Shown: positions 36,098 to 48,370 of the stretch, in pieces
Position numbering within the stretch: the stretch's first letter is position 1
Layout of the letters: each line of letters opens with the position of its first letter
NCBI RefSeq assembly: GCF_006345805.1
Contig: NC_043000.1
Coordinates: forward strand, 83,824,001 to 83,888,000
From: Octopus sinensis
Lineage: Eukaryota
DNA length: 64,000 bases
Direction: 5' to 3'
Notes under the pieces: generated by a model
The model's database searches: none
What the model was told of the DNA's origin: nothing
What the model saw: only the letters and a program-made list of their open reading frames with translations
Made by a program: the position numbers and the translations under genes

Positions 36098-38043
36098 TAT
36101 TATTGAAGTTAAGGTGGCGAGCTGGCAGAATTGTTGGCACACTGGACAAAATCCTCTGAGACACTGTCTTTATACTTTGAGTTCAAATTCTGCTAAGGTC
36201 GACTTTGCTTTGCATCCTTTCCACTTGTGTACTATCCCCCTTTCCCAGAATTTCAGGCCTTGTGCCTATAGTAGAAACGATTATTGTTGCTGTTTTTGAT
36301 CTTTTTCTTATCATCATCATCATCATTATTGCTCTTTCTTTCTTTTCTACTACTACTAAACTCATTTTTGATCCACTTTTTCCCATCCTATCTCCTTGCC
36401 CAAGGTCCTATAGTTCATATTCTCCCCTCCCCAATCCTTATTCACTAAAACAGCATCCCACCAGTGTCCCTTTTAAACCTGTAAGAGTTCACATGGAACA
36501 GCAGCCATTTATCTCAATCTTCCAGATTAGTTTATGGTTTAACAACAACAACAGCAGACAATTACCTCTTTCTTGTGTAACAAAATTATCTTAAAGTGTC
36601 ATTGTTTTGAAATGAACACCAAAGTAGAAAAGTGTATGCTTGAATGTGTGTGTGTGTGTGTGTGTGTGTGTTAGTTTAAGTTTATCAGGGGAAAGAAGAA
36701 AAGGGGAAAATGCTGCAGATGCTATACCACAGAAAAACAAGAACTAAAAGAAAACGAAAAAGGTGCTTTTCAATATTAAGAGAGGAAATTAGATAAACCG
36801 AATGCATCATGGAAACAAGGACAAAAGAAGCTTAATGAAATGAATTGCTTGCCAAGGACGGCAACCTGCTGGGACAACATTCTTTTGTTTTCTTTGCTTA
36901 AAGTTTGTGTCTTCATTGATCAGTTCAGCCCTGGCATGATGGAACATGACCAAACACTTGACAAGTTTCTATACAATACTGAACACTGATGTGGGGTAAA
37001 AGGAGAATTACATATGTGACACAAAATAACAAAAGAAAACGAAAGAAAGGGATGACAAGGACAATAACAACAACATCAGAATGAAAAAAAAAAAACATGC
37101 AGAAGGACAAATGAAACAAGCACAGCTTTATTTAACAAAATGTGTGGTTGACCTGCACAGCTTTCAATGAACAGTGTGTACTGATAGAGATAGTGAAGAG
37201 TTGAATTGCTATGGAAACAATAGCTAGCAGTGAAGACACTTCAATAGGCTACAAGGCTGTGTTTTACACTTTTAACCTTCGTTCCCTTTACATTTCTCTC
37301 TTCCTCTCTCTCTCTCTCTCATATATTTTTATTTCCTGCAAAGAAATTCTCTTTTTTGTTTCAAATTTTAGTTTTACTGTTTCTCATGACAATGATTATA
37401 AAATAATTACTGGAATGATTTCGGTTTTTTTTTTCTTTTTTTAAATTCAATTAATGATGATTATAATTATGATGATAATAACAATGATGATAATGGCAAT
37501 GTCACCAACAACTATAATAACTAATAATGAGATGAAAAGAAACACTGGACTGATACACATCAGTAACAATAGAAGATGAATTATAACAAAAAAAAGAAAA
37601 AGAACATGTAATAAGGGTGAAAATAACAAAAAAAAATATACAAAATAAATACAAAAAAAATAATAAAATGATGGGGATGATGTTGGTGGTGTGGTGGTGG
37701 GGTGTGTGTGTGTGTAAAAAAAATGAACATAACTTGCAATGCATTCCAGCTTAATACACTGAAGTGAATGAATGATCAATATATTGCAAAAGTATCAAAG
37801 AAATTAGCAAAAATAAATTTAATTATTACATTAGTGGCTGTAACGAAAATATAATCATTTACAATCGAAAAAAATTGATTTAATAAATGTGTGTGTGTGT
37901 GTGTGTGTGGGTGGGGGTAAGTTTGGTTGGGTGAATCTGTGTATGCTTATATGTGTGTGTGTGTACATGTTTGCTTGTGTGTGTGTTTATATGAACGTGT
38001 ATGCATATAATATACACACATATATATATATATATATACACAC

Positions 38044-38079
<36 letters not shown>

Positions 38080-38452
38080 TTATCATTTGAATATGAATGA
38101 CACGACACAACATAACACACACACACCCAGAGTATTTTGTATCCACCTCATACAGTAGTGGGACAGTTTCAAAAATTTTCAATATTTGTATAATGTTTAG
38201 ATGTTTGTACATACAGCTAGAGAATATTTGACAGGGATGTAACAAACTGCTGAATCTGTTTTGCAGCTAGAAGTAGACAGAGAGAGAGCAAAACAAATTA
38301 CTGTTGGAATATTGACTGTAGTAGTCAGGTGTGTGTAGTGCATGTGTGTGTGCATGTGTGTGTTGTAAGGTGCATGCGAAAGTCTGAATCTTAGAATAGG
38401 TTTTCATCTAATGATCCAAAAGCGAACTTAGTTCAAAGTAAAATGTGATTAA

Positions 38453-38655
38453 CCCTTTCATTGCTGTATTTATTTATTTCAATTACTTTAAATATAACAA
38501 AGAATTTAGTAAAATAATTTAGTTATCATTGAGCTAGTGTTAGGAAAATAAATTGTGGCTAAGGTTTGGTGGAAGATTTTAATTCAAAACTTATGAAAAC
38601 AAGAAATTTGCACTCAGACCCAGAGCCAGTTTCAGCCGGGTTAGTAACAAAAGGG
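38453..38655. mobile_element. piggyBac-like MITE
   Basis: TTAA|CCCTTT...AAAGGG|TTAA, perfect TTAA target duplication. A related copy is split by a SINE at about 44933-45633. Confidence 0.8.
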
Positions 38656-38666
38656 TTAATGTAGTA

Positions 38667-39139
38667 CAGCAGTCCCCAACCCTTTCTGGTCATGGACTAG
38701 TTTCATGCAAGACAATTTTTCCATTGACCAGGGGATCACACACATAACAAAACACAATAAATTCCTACATATATAATATATATACATTAAGGTGTGTGAC
38801 TTTGTGGTTAGGAGTATTCAGTTCATGATCATAAGGTCGTAAGTTCAATTCCCAGCAGTGTGTTGTTTCCTTGAGCAAGATAGTCCACTCAACTGGTGAA
38901 AATGAGTTGCACCTGTAATTCAAAATGACTAGCATTTGTCACATCCAGTGTCACGCCAAATCTTCCTAAGAACTATTTCAAAGGTACGCATGTCTGTAGA
39001 GGCTGTTGCTTTGATTGGATCACCTAGAATTCTCATTGTTGTAACCAATGTAGTGTCACATATATAATGCAGAAACACCCCTGCAGAGTGCAATAGTCAA
39101 GTAAATTTCTGTGCAGTGCCCAGAGGTTGGGGATCTCTG
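38667..39139. mobile_element. hAT (Charlie-like) MITE with nested SINE at about 38790-39058
   Basis: TIRs CAGCAGTCCCCAACC / GGTTGGGGATCTCTG; 8-bp flanks ATGTAGTA / GTGTAGCA (6 of 8 match). Confidence 0.7.
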
Positions 39140-39731
39140 GTGTAGCACATGGGATGTGGCCCTACTTTATTCAAATTCAGAGGACAAGGAAATACAATTT
39201 TAAGATGTGGCCTTGTTCTATTCAATATAGAGAAAGTATGTCATTGTAACTCCACCAATGGGTGCATTAAACTGATACCAAGATATCACAAACACACAAT
39301 GACCTCCTACTTTAAGATGCATATATTCACTGAAGCAGATGAAGTAAAATCAAAGACTATGTTCTTGATTTGATGAAAATTCTCCAAGAGAACTATTGCA
39401 TTGGTAATGCTCTTTAGCCTTGTGTTAAGTCTGATTAAGCAGACTAATGATTAAAGTCTTACAGCCATGATCATCCCATCTATTTAGTGAATCAAACACT
39501 TTAGTATATCTACAGTATATCTTCATTGCAGACTTCCTGGGTTTTGAGGAACCAACACAAAATTTCATTAGGTAATTGTTGGGCTGAAATACCAAGTTGG
39601 ATTTAATGAAATAAATAAGGATGTAGTGAGGTTCTATGTAATACGAAGTAAAAGAAATATCAAATGAAGATCTCATTGAGCTGAAGAAGATGAAGAAAGT
39701 GATAAAGTCAAATTGCCACTAATTTTAACAA

Positions 39732-40026
39732 ATATTTGAGCGAGGTCGTTGCCAGTGCCGCTAGACTGGCTCCTGTGCAGGTGGCACATAAAAAACACCA
39801 CTTGAGCGTGACTGTTGCCAGTACCGCTTGACTGGCCCTCATGCCAGTGGCACGTAAAAGCACCCACTACACTCTTGGAGTGGTTGGCATTAGGAAGGGC
39901 ATCCAGCTGTAGAAACTCTGCCAGATCAGACTGGAGCTTGGTGCAGCCATTTGGTTCGCCAGTCCTCAGTCAAATCATCCAACCCATGCTAGCATGGAAA
40001 ACGGATGTTAAACGATGATGATGATG
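39732..40026 (+). mobile_element. RTE 3'-UTR/terminus fragment, same subfamily as 19385-19670
   Basis: Colinear with 19385-19670; TGA tail. Confidence 0.85.
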
Positions 40027-40546
40027 ATATCTCTCTTTCTGAATCCCACTATGTATCTCTCTCCCTCTCTTTTGAAGATTAATATCCAGAATGTTATGAC
40101 ACCTCTTTCCACTAAATTGTTAAACAAAGAATTGGATGTTAAATGATGATGATGACGATGAAAGATATGGCTGAGGTTTGCCAGTTTTTAGATAAAACTT
40201 TGGCTATTTTAATAGAAAACAACCGATATAATGAATTATGCAAACATCACAAAAGTAAACATTTCAACAACCTTAGATATATTCTTTCAGTAAATATTGA
40301 TCTAATTAAATTTTCATCAAGTTTATTCTTCTATATACAGCAAACATATTTCAATGTTTAATATTAGTAGAGTTTTAAGTCTTTATTTAGAAGTTAGGTA
40401 ATGCCTTTGTGAATAGGAATATATATGATAGGAACTTAACCTCTGAGTATTAAACTAAGTACTGTAGTTGAAATGAAGACCTTGAAGGCAGTACCCCAGA
40501 ATGGGTACAGTCAAATAACTGAAACCAGTGAAAAGAATGTGAAGTA

Positions 40547-41702
40547 TTGGGTCAATCCATAAATAATGTGTTTTTTTCAATTGTATGAACTAAAAGTTGG
40601 AAGCAAATGGGATATACTACTTGCATTAACTTGCTATAAAAGCAGGTAGTAATTTTACCTTGTACTCATTCTTAGTGTAAGTTTTGAAGAGTGCAGTTCA
40701 ATTTTAACAGTTATTTTTTCAAAGCTATAATGGGAGTGACAAAGCAGCATATTCGGCATATTCGGCATATAAAGGCAACAATGCAACAGAGAGTGCAAGG
40801 AATATTAATGCATAATATCCCTAAATATTAATGCAGTATATGGGGATCGGAGATTAAGCATAAGCCAGTGTCAACGGTGGTTCCAGAAATTCTGAGCCGG
40901 AAACTACTGCCTAGAAGACGAGCCTTGACCTGGAAGATCTGTAAAGCTTGATGAAGATGTCCTGTAAACTCTGGTGGAACAAAATCCCATTGCAACTGTT
41001 GAAGAACTAGCAGAGAAGCTTGGATTTGGTCATTCAACCATTCATCAACACCTGCATGCCATCAGAAATGTCAGCAAATTGGGTCAATGGGGTCCTCACA
41101 AACTTTCTGAGTATAATCACACACAGAAAGTGAATGTGTGCTCTTCTTTACAGTCATATCTCATGAAGGAACCCGTTTTTGGACTGACTGGTAACGAGAA
41201 ATGGGTTCTCTATAAAAATGTAAGACGCTGAAGACAGTGGGTAGGAAAAGGAGAAACACCAGCACCCCAAGCTAAAGAAGGTCTTCACCCATGTAAGGTA
41301 TTATCTGTTTGGTAGGATATGAAAAGTCTAGTCCACTTTAAACCTTTAAATCCAAACCAAATGATAGCAAAAGTGATCTACAGCCAGCAGTTTGAGCAGC
41401 TTAAGTCAGCACTAGAAGAAAAACGACCATCTTTGGTTTCAAGAGGAAAAGTAGTCTTCCATCAGGATAATGCTTGGTCACATACAGTGAAGATGACATT
41501 CCAAAGGCTGGAGTGGTTTGAATAAGAAATGATGCCCCACCCACCATATTCACTGGACATTGCCCCATCTGATTATCATTTATTCCACAGTCTTCAAAAT
41601 CATTTGGACAGAAAAAATATGAATTCAGTAGATGAGGTCAGAACAGCACTAGAGGAGTATTTTCGTCATGGATAAGTGAATTTTGGAAGAGGCCTGGCCC
41701 AA
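40547..41702 (+). mobile_element. mariner transposon, decayed, 3' end mostly deleted
   Basis: TA|TTGGGTCAATCCATAAATAATG TIR. Fragments EELAEKLG, TGNEKWVLY, FHQDNA and PHPPYSLDIAPSDY. Ends CCCAA|TA. Confidence 0.9.
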
Positions 41703-41727
41703 TAACTATGTACATACATTCATACAT

Positions 41728-42060
41728 GAAGGTGCATGGCTCAGTGGTTAGAGTATCGAGCTTACAATCACAAGGTTGTGAGTTCGAATCCTGGACCGGG
41801 CTGTGTGTTGTGTTCTTGAGCAAGACACTTTATTTCATGTTGCTCTAGTTCACTCGTCTGTAGAATGAGTTGCGACATCACAGGTGCCAAGCTGTATCGG
41901 CCTTTGCCTTTCCCTTGGATGACACAAGTGGTGTGGAGAGGGGAGGCCAGAATGCATGGGCGACTGCTGGTCTTCCATAAACAACCTTGCCCGGACTTCT
42001 GCCTGGGAGGGTAACTTTCTAGGTGCAATCCCATGGTCAATCATAACCAAAGGGGGTCTC
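41728..42060 (+). mobile_element. tRNA-derived CORE-like SINE family C
   Basis: A box TGGCTCAGTGG, B box GAGTTCGAATCC, CTTGAGCAAGACACTTTATTTCA core. Related heads at about 6415-6695(-), 13180-13415(-), 38790-39058(+), 57249-57500(+). Confidence 0.85.
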
Positions 42061-43348
42061 AGCAACATGCATGCAGACAGATACACAAACATACACACAT
42101 AAATATACAGACATTATGTATGTAATATATAAATAGTTCAGTCAGAATATGAGAATCTGATGGAAATGAAACTTTGGTAAAAAAAAATATTTAATTGAAA
42201 AACAAAATTTTCTTGAGGATGTCTTTATAATGATGAATATATTATTGGACTGCTGTATTTTACTTTGTTTATTGATCCTAGGAATAGCTAAGGCACTAAA
42301 CTGTAAATCATGAAGTGTCTAGTCATTATACTTGGCAGTTTGCCATTTGCACTACCTCATCCACTCTCTATTAAACAATATCAATAACAACAACAACAAC
42401 AACAATAGTAATAGTAATAATAATAATAATAATAATAATAGTAATAATAAAAATAATAATAAATTTATTATGGTTGAATGGTGATGGTGGAACTTAAACA
42501 TGAACATCACTTTCTATAGACCTCAATCAGTTAAACAGGAAAGAAATAGCATTGCCATTTCACAGTTGGGTGGTTGGTATTAGATAGGACATACAGCTAT
42601 AAAAAGTATTGCTCTTAAAAAACAGAAAAACACTCAATTTTCAAAACCATTCACTTCCGGGGAAATAATTTGGCACTTTTACTTGCCAAATGATGCCACA
42701 CCAGTGAGCAACCACAATATTTGATCAGTTAGATTTGTCTATAAAACTTTCATTTCAGTTATTAACAGTCATTAATTTAAAACATGAGAGGTGTGGGACT
42801 TAGTATTATAGAAGAAAGACAAGAATTTGAACAAAAACCATTACTTCGTTTGTTTCACTTATCATACCTATACACAAGAACATCAATAACATTTAACCAC
42901 AAGTATTAAATATTGATTTCTTTATTTGGCATGAAGGCATAAACAGAGAGAAAAATAATATTTATAATAAACTTAAATAAAATACATGTTGTTGCATAAT
43001 AAAATGAAGTAAAAAAAATAAACTGTTCTGATAATATTGATTTCTCATAGTGGAACAAAGCCACCTATCATTAAAATAAAAGAAACAAGATTGTGTGATG
43101 ATCATGATTTAGTTTTTTATGCTCCAGGGAATCAGTAATACAAATGAACCAGCAATTATAACTAGTAATTAAAACTAAATTGTGAACTCAACAATTGACA
43201 CTTATTCCATTCATTCCACTATGTCTACCTGAAATCTACAATACCATCATCATCATCCTTTATTGTCTGTTCTCCATGCTGGTATAACCAGGTTCCAATC
43301 TGATTTGGCTTGGCTTCTTCTACTGGATGTTTATATAATGTTTATATA

Positions 43349-43736
43349 TCTCTCTATATATAAAGTTGAAGTTGTCTGTGTATGGCAGGTTTGGTAGCCT
43401 TCAACTAACACTATCTCCTCCGAGACCCTGCGGCGCAAGTTGACCAAAATTGAGAGAATGATAGAAGGCTTGCTCTTCCTTCCGTAGAAGAAAAAACTCA
43501 AATCGGACCATGTTAACACCAAAAATTATTTACATCAAAAGGTGCTTTTTGCCTATGAAAATCCCTATTATTTACGATTTTTTGACTGCTGTGTCACCAT
43601 CTTTTGGTGTATTTTAACCAGGAAAATGTTCACTTAAAGAGAATAACAAGCTACATAATGCAAAATTTTTACTTTTCAAAAATTCCAATTCTAAAGGGTC
43701 AAAACAAACTCGAGGAATGCCGGGGGATACTGCTAG
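43349..43736 (+). mobile_element. Non-autonomous Helitron
   Basis: A|TC...TATATATAAAG 5' end, degenerate GC-rich subterminal hairpin, CTAG|T 3' end, no TSD. Confidence 0.8.
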
Positions 43737-44074
43737 TTTAGAAATAAAAGTAAAACAAGAGTAACACCTCAACTGATGATAATGGATTCTTTGCTTCATT
43801 TGGGATAAAAAGCTTGTTCCACCACATCTGTATCCTTCATTTTCCACCTGATGTAGGACTTGAGTAATTGTAAGGAAGAGTCTGTAGGAGAAGACAACCT
43901 CCAAATAATGTATACCTATTCACTTTACCAAGTCATATTCAATTACCATCAAGCAAAGGAACAGTACTTAGCTGTGTTTAGTATTTCTTGCTAAAGGTAA
44001 CAAACCTGTTAAGTTATCTTTGGTTAGTTCTGTTCTTGGTAGTACTGAACAAAAGATGTCAAACTGGGATAATA

Positions 44075-44270
44075 TTGGCTTCAAATTTTGGAACAAGGTC
44101 AGTAATTTTGGAGGAGTTAAGCAGATTACATCAACCCCAATGTTCAACTGGACTCATTTTATTGACCCTGAAAGGGATGAATGGCAAAGTTGACCTCAGA
44201 ATGTAGGGATGGGTAAAATGCTGCTAAGCATTCAACCCAGGTGCTAATGATTCTGCCAGCTCACCACCTT
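44075..44270 (-). mobile_element. SINE family B copy with TSD
   Basis: AAACTGGG(A/G)TAATATTG duplicated at about 44061 and 44274. Confidence 0.82.
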
Positions 44271-44484
44271 ATGAAACTGGGGTAATATTGACATGTAATA
44301 TCTACTGACCTGAAAGATATCCTTTCTAGATTCATAAATATTGAGTCAATTTTGGTAGGGCACTAATAAAACTGGCTGAAAGAAGGTCATGATGTCAGTA
44401 CTTCAATCATTATCCTAAACACAAGAAAACCGTGAAGTTAGCTCTAGAAGGCTAGAGTCACTTATTTAATATTATCCTACTACT

Positions 44485-45378
44485 AGGCATGGCTGTGTGG
44501 CAAGAATATAGCCTCAGGCTGACCAAAGCCTTGTGAGTGGATTTGATAGATGGAAACTGAAAGAAGCCCATCATCTATATGTATATCTACATGTATGTGT
44601 GTGTCTTTGTGTCAGTGTTTATCTTCTGTTGCTACTTGACAACTGATGCTGGTGTGTTTAAATCCATGTAATTTAGCAGTTCAGTAAAATAGACTGACAG
44701 AATAAGTACCAGGGTTAATTCATTAAACTAAAAATTCTCCAGGGAAGTGCCCCAGTATGACCACAGTCTAATGACTGACACAAGATAAAAAGTAAGGCAT
44801 AAAAGATACTGCATACAACAATGAGCTATATATATTGAGATGGTATATATTTACAATTAGGACAGCTGAACCAACAGCTTGAAGACTTTAGTGAACCTGA
44901 TGTCATTTAGAGATGAGATCAAATCTCATTTAACTCTTTTCTTACCATATTTCTGTTGGCATGAACTACCTTTTGTTTCAATTAATTTTGAAAATGATGA
45001 AGAATTTATAAAGATAACTTTATCACTGTTAAGTAGGTGTATGACTGCTGCCATGCTGGGGCACCACCTTGAAGAATTTTTAGTCGAATGAAATGACCCC
45101 AGTACTTTTTTTTTTAAGCCTGGTACCTATTCTATCGGCCTCTTTTGCTGAATTACTATGTTATAGGGATGTAAAAACACCATCACCAGTTGTCAAGTGG
45201 TGGTGGTGGGGGGGACAGACATCCACAAAGACACACACATATATATATGATGGGCTTCTTTCAGTTTCCATCTACAAAATCCACTCACAAGGCTTTGGTT
45301 GGCCTGAGGCCATGGTAGAAGACACTTGGCCAAGGTGTCTCATTGAACCCAGAACCATGTGGTTGAGAGGAAGCTTCT
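44485..45378. mobile_element. Two tail-to-tail SINE family A copies (44485-44800 +, 45040-45378 -)
   Basis: Both match family A, in opposite orientations. Confidence 0.8.
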
Positions 45379-46678
45379 TTTATTCATATAATTTCCCACA
45401 AGGGCATTACATAGAAGGGAAGCTGCAGGCTGGACATAGACATAATGTTACGAAATGACAAATGAAAATGATGATAAATGAGAGCAACAAGCAACGCCCG
45501 CCGATTGCTGCTTACCCGATCACTTCTTACCACATAGCCACACTTGTAGAAGAATTTAATTAAGATCATTTTAAAACAAGAAATTTGTATCACAGAACCA
45601 GAAGTGATCTCAGATGGGTTGGTAACAAAAGGAATAAAAAATTTTGCAATCATAATCTTCTCTAATTCCAACACTATATCAATGCATATTTGAAATACTA
45701 TTTCAACCATATCAAAATACAATTGAGACAAATGGTCAAAGAAAATATCTACAACAAGCCCTATTGTCTACTTCTTGAACATTAGCTCTCATTTTCCTGA
45801 TGAAAACTTTGTTGTCTGTGGCAAATAGTATCAAATAATTGCTGTTTTGTTAATTAGATAAATAATCTTATATGAGTTATAATAACATTAATTTTATAAT
45901 TCCCAAAAGAGCAAAAGACAATAATGTATATTATGTGAGATTTATAATTCATCTAGCAATGATTCTATTCATTGTAGCTCAACTGATATATCAAATATTC
46001 CTGATTATCATCAGTTGTTTAATGACAGCTTCCTTTCAAATCATTTTTTTGTTTGTTTTTAGTTAATTAGTGAAGTGGGTGATGGTCAGTGCCTATTGTC
46101 TTTGTAGTGAGATCAATGTTACAGATATTTAGTTCAAACTTCTGTAGATTTTGTGTCATTTGTAGGAAAACTGAGGTAGCAACATATTACACAGAGTTGT
46201 AGCTTTGAGTATTCATGTCTCAGTACTTTATCTAGAATTTCAACACTAGGTCCTTTATCTAGTGTCTGTTGAGTTTGATTTGTTTTGAAGCTTATATATA
46301 CATATATAAAACAGAGTTATTTTATTCCATATGGGTAGAAATATAGACATTAAAGAATGGACATAGCAGGAAACTTAAAAAAGTTCCTTGCTCAATCAAA
46401 TTGTATCCAAAACAGATACTAGTTTGAGCCATATTCTCTCTATAAAAACAAGAGAATTTTTGAACTTCAATCAGATGCAAGATAGTTCCAGCATGGTCTA
46501 TGTCTTTCTAGCTCAACTTTTGAAAATCAAAGAAATCTGTGAAACTGGTTAAGTCTTCAAATAAAAGTCTAAGCCAATCCTAGTGTATTCTCAGCTTATA
46601 TATATATCAATAGTAATAGTATAACAAAAAAAAAAAAAAGAATGAATGAGACCTCACTATTATGTAAATAGAGGAATT

Positions 46679-46878
46679 TATCTGTAATATAATATGTGAT
46701 AATTATTCAGCTGCCATAATAAAACTCCAAGTTTCAGATGCCGGGGTGGAAGTCTGCTCCGGCATCTCGTCAGTTAAGACTAACTGATGAGATGCCAGAG
46801 CAGATTTCTGCTCTGACATCTGAAACTCGAAGTTTTATTATGGCAACCAAATAATTGTCACATATTATATTACAGATA
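46679..46878. repeat. 98-bp-arm inverted repeat (4-nt spacer), probably inverted Penelope-like pseudo-LTRs
   Basis: Arms 46679-46776 and 46781-46878; each contains CTGA(T/C)GA-stem-GAAAC. Confidence 0.85.
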
Positions 46879-46979
46879 TATAAATATATATAATAAGTAT
46901 AGGAAAGAATGTTGTGAGTTTGCTACCCAGGTATCGGTTATCTTTCGAATTATCCGTAATAAGATAATTAATTTATCTA

Positions 46980-47016
<37 letters not shown>

Positions 47017-47999
47017 AGAAATATGTTACACCTACCCTATAATGCCATTCCAAAAATATACAAATACACTATTGAAATCTTGAAGCTACAAGATAATGCA
47101 TGATTAATTGGAAACAATGTAAATAAACAAGCATTACATTTGACTAAGAAATCTGAATGCTAAAGTGTTAAAATCCTACATCATCATCATCATAGTCTTA
47201 CTAACTTGAAGAAACTTAAGAGAAGAGGAAGGTTTTAAAATTTTAATTTCTCTGTTTATGATTTGATTGAACTAAAATATGATGTATAAATATAAACATT
47301 AAGACTTGTACATGCAACATTCTCAGTGTTGCAGCACCAAATATTTATCAATTAAATTCAGATAATCCTCTGTTCTTGTAAGTACAACATAAAAGTGAAC
47401 ATCCACAATTGCTGGTTCTGATCAAAATAAGAACTTTGTAAAATAAAATGAACGTCATTAAGGTTTATTAATGGTCATTGTGTTGTAGATTAATGGACAT
47501 TGTACTGAAGGGAAAATTGCTTTTGGCATTTAATGGAAAATTGTGCTGAGTCACTAATATGAATACTGAATTACATTTTCCCTGTAGGTCTTTTACTGCT
47601 AATTTTACCATTCAGTAAACCTTTTGGGATCAATTTTCTTTGTAGTATAAACTGCTCCTATTTCGTAGTAGTACAAATTGCTCTTATTTCTTAGTATTTC
47701 AAACTGAATCGGTTTAAAATTTAAGTGAACTGGTATTGGTTGTGTTGCTTGATTTTCAGAGTCAGATCCTGCATACTGTGTTCTCTTCTCTGATGATCTG
47801 GTGGAGTGACCACTTGTTGATTGCTCGTGCTGGTTGACCAAGTCTCATGGTCATGGTTGATGAGGAAGTATCTTGTGGAGATGAGAACTGACTAGGACAC
47901 TGCTTGGAGATTGCCCATGATGACCTGAGCAGATGGTAGAGGCAGCAATGTGCTCCAATGGCACATGCATCCATACCTGGCCTAACACTGATATCTTTT

Positions 48000-48370
48000 G
48001 TCTTTTATCTGTTTCAATCATTAGATTGTGGCCATGTTGGGGCAGAGCATTGAAGAACTTTTTAGTTGAAGGAATTGACCCCAGTACTTCTTTTTTTTAA
48101 AAGCCAGGTACTTATTCTATCAGTCTCCTTTTGGTGAACTGCTAAGTTACAGGGACTTGAATAAATCAACACCAGTTATCAAGTAGTGATGGAGAACAAA
48201 CACAGACACAAAGACACATACATACAACAGGCTTCTTTCAGTTTCTGTCAACCAAATTTACTCATAAGGCCTAGGTCAGCCCAAGGCTATAGTAGAAGAT
48301 ACTTGCAGTGAGACTGAATCCAGAACCATGTGGTTTGGAAGCAAGCTTCTTAAACACACAGCCATACCTA
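48000..48370 (-). mobile_element. SINE family A copy
   Basis: Reverse complement match to family A. Confidence 0.8.

Noticed and set aside
41728-41800. tRNA-like sequences here and at 32910-32983
   Set aside because: A and B boxes are present but they continue into SINE bodies and lack a proper acceptor stem, so they are SINE heads, not tRNA genes.
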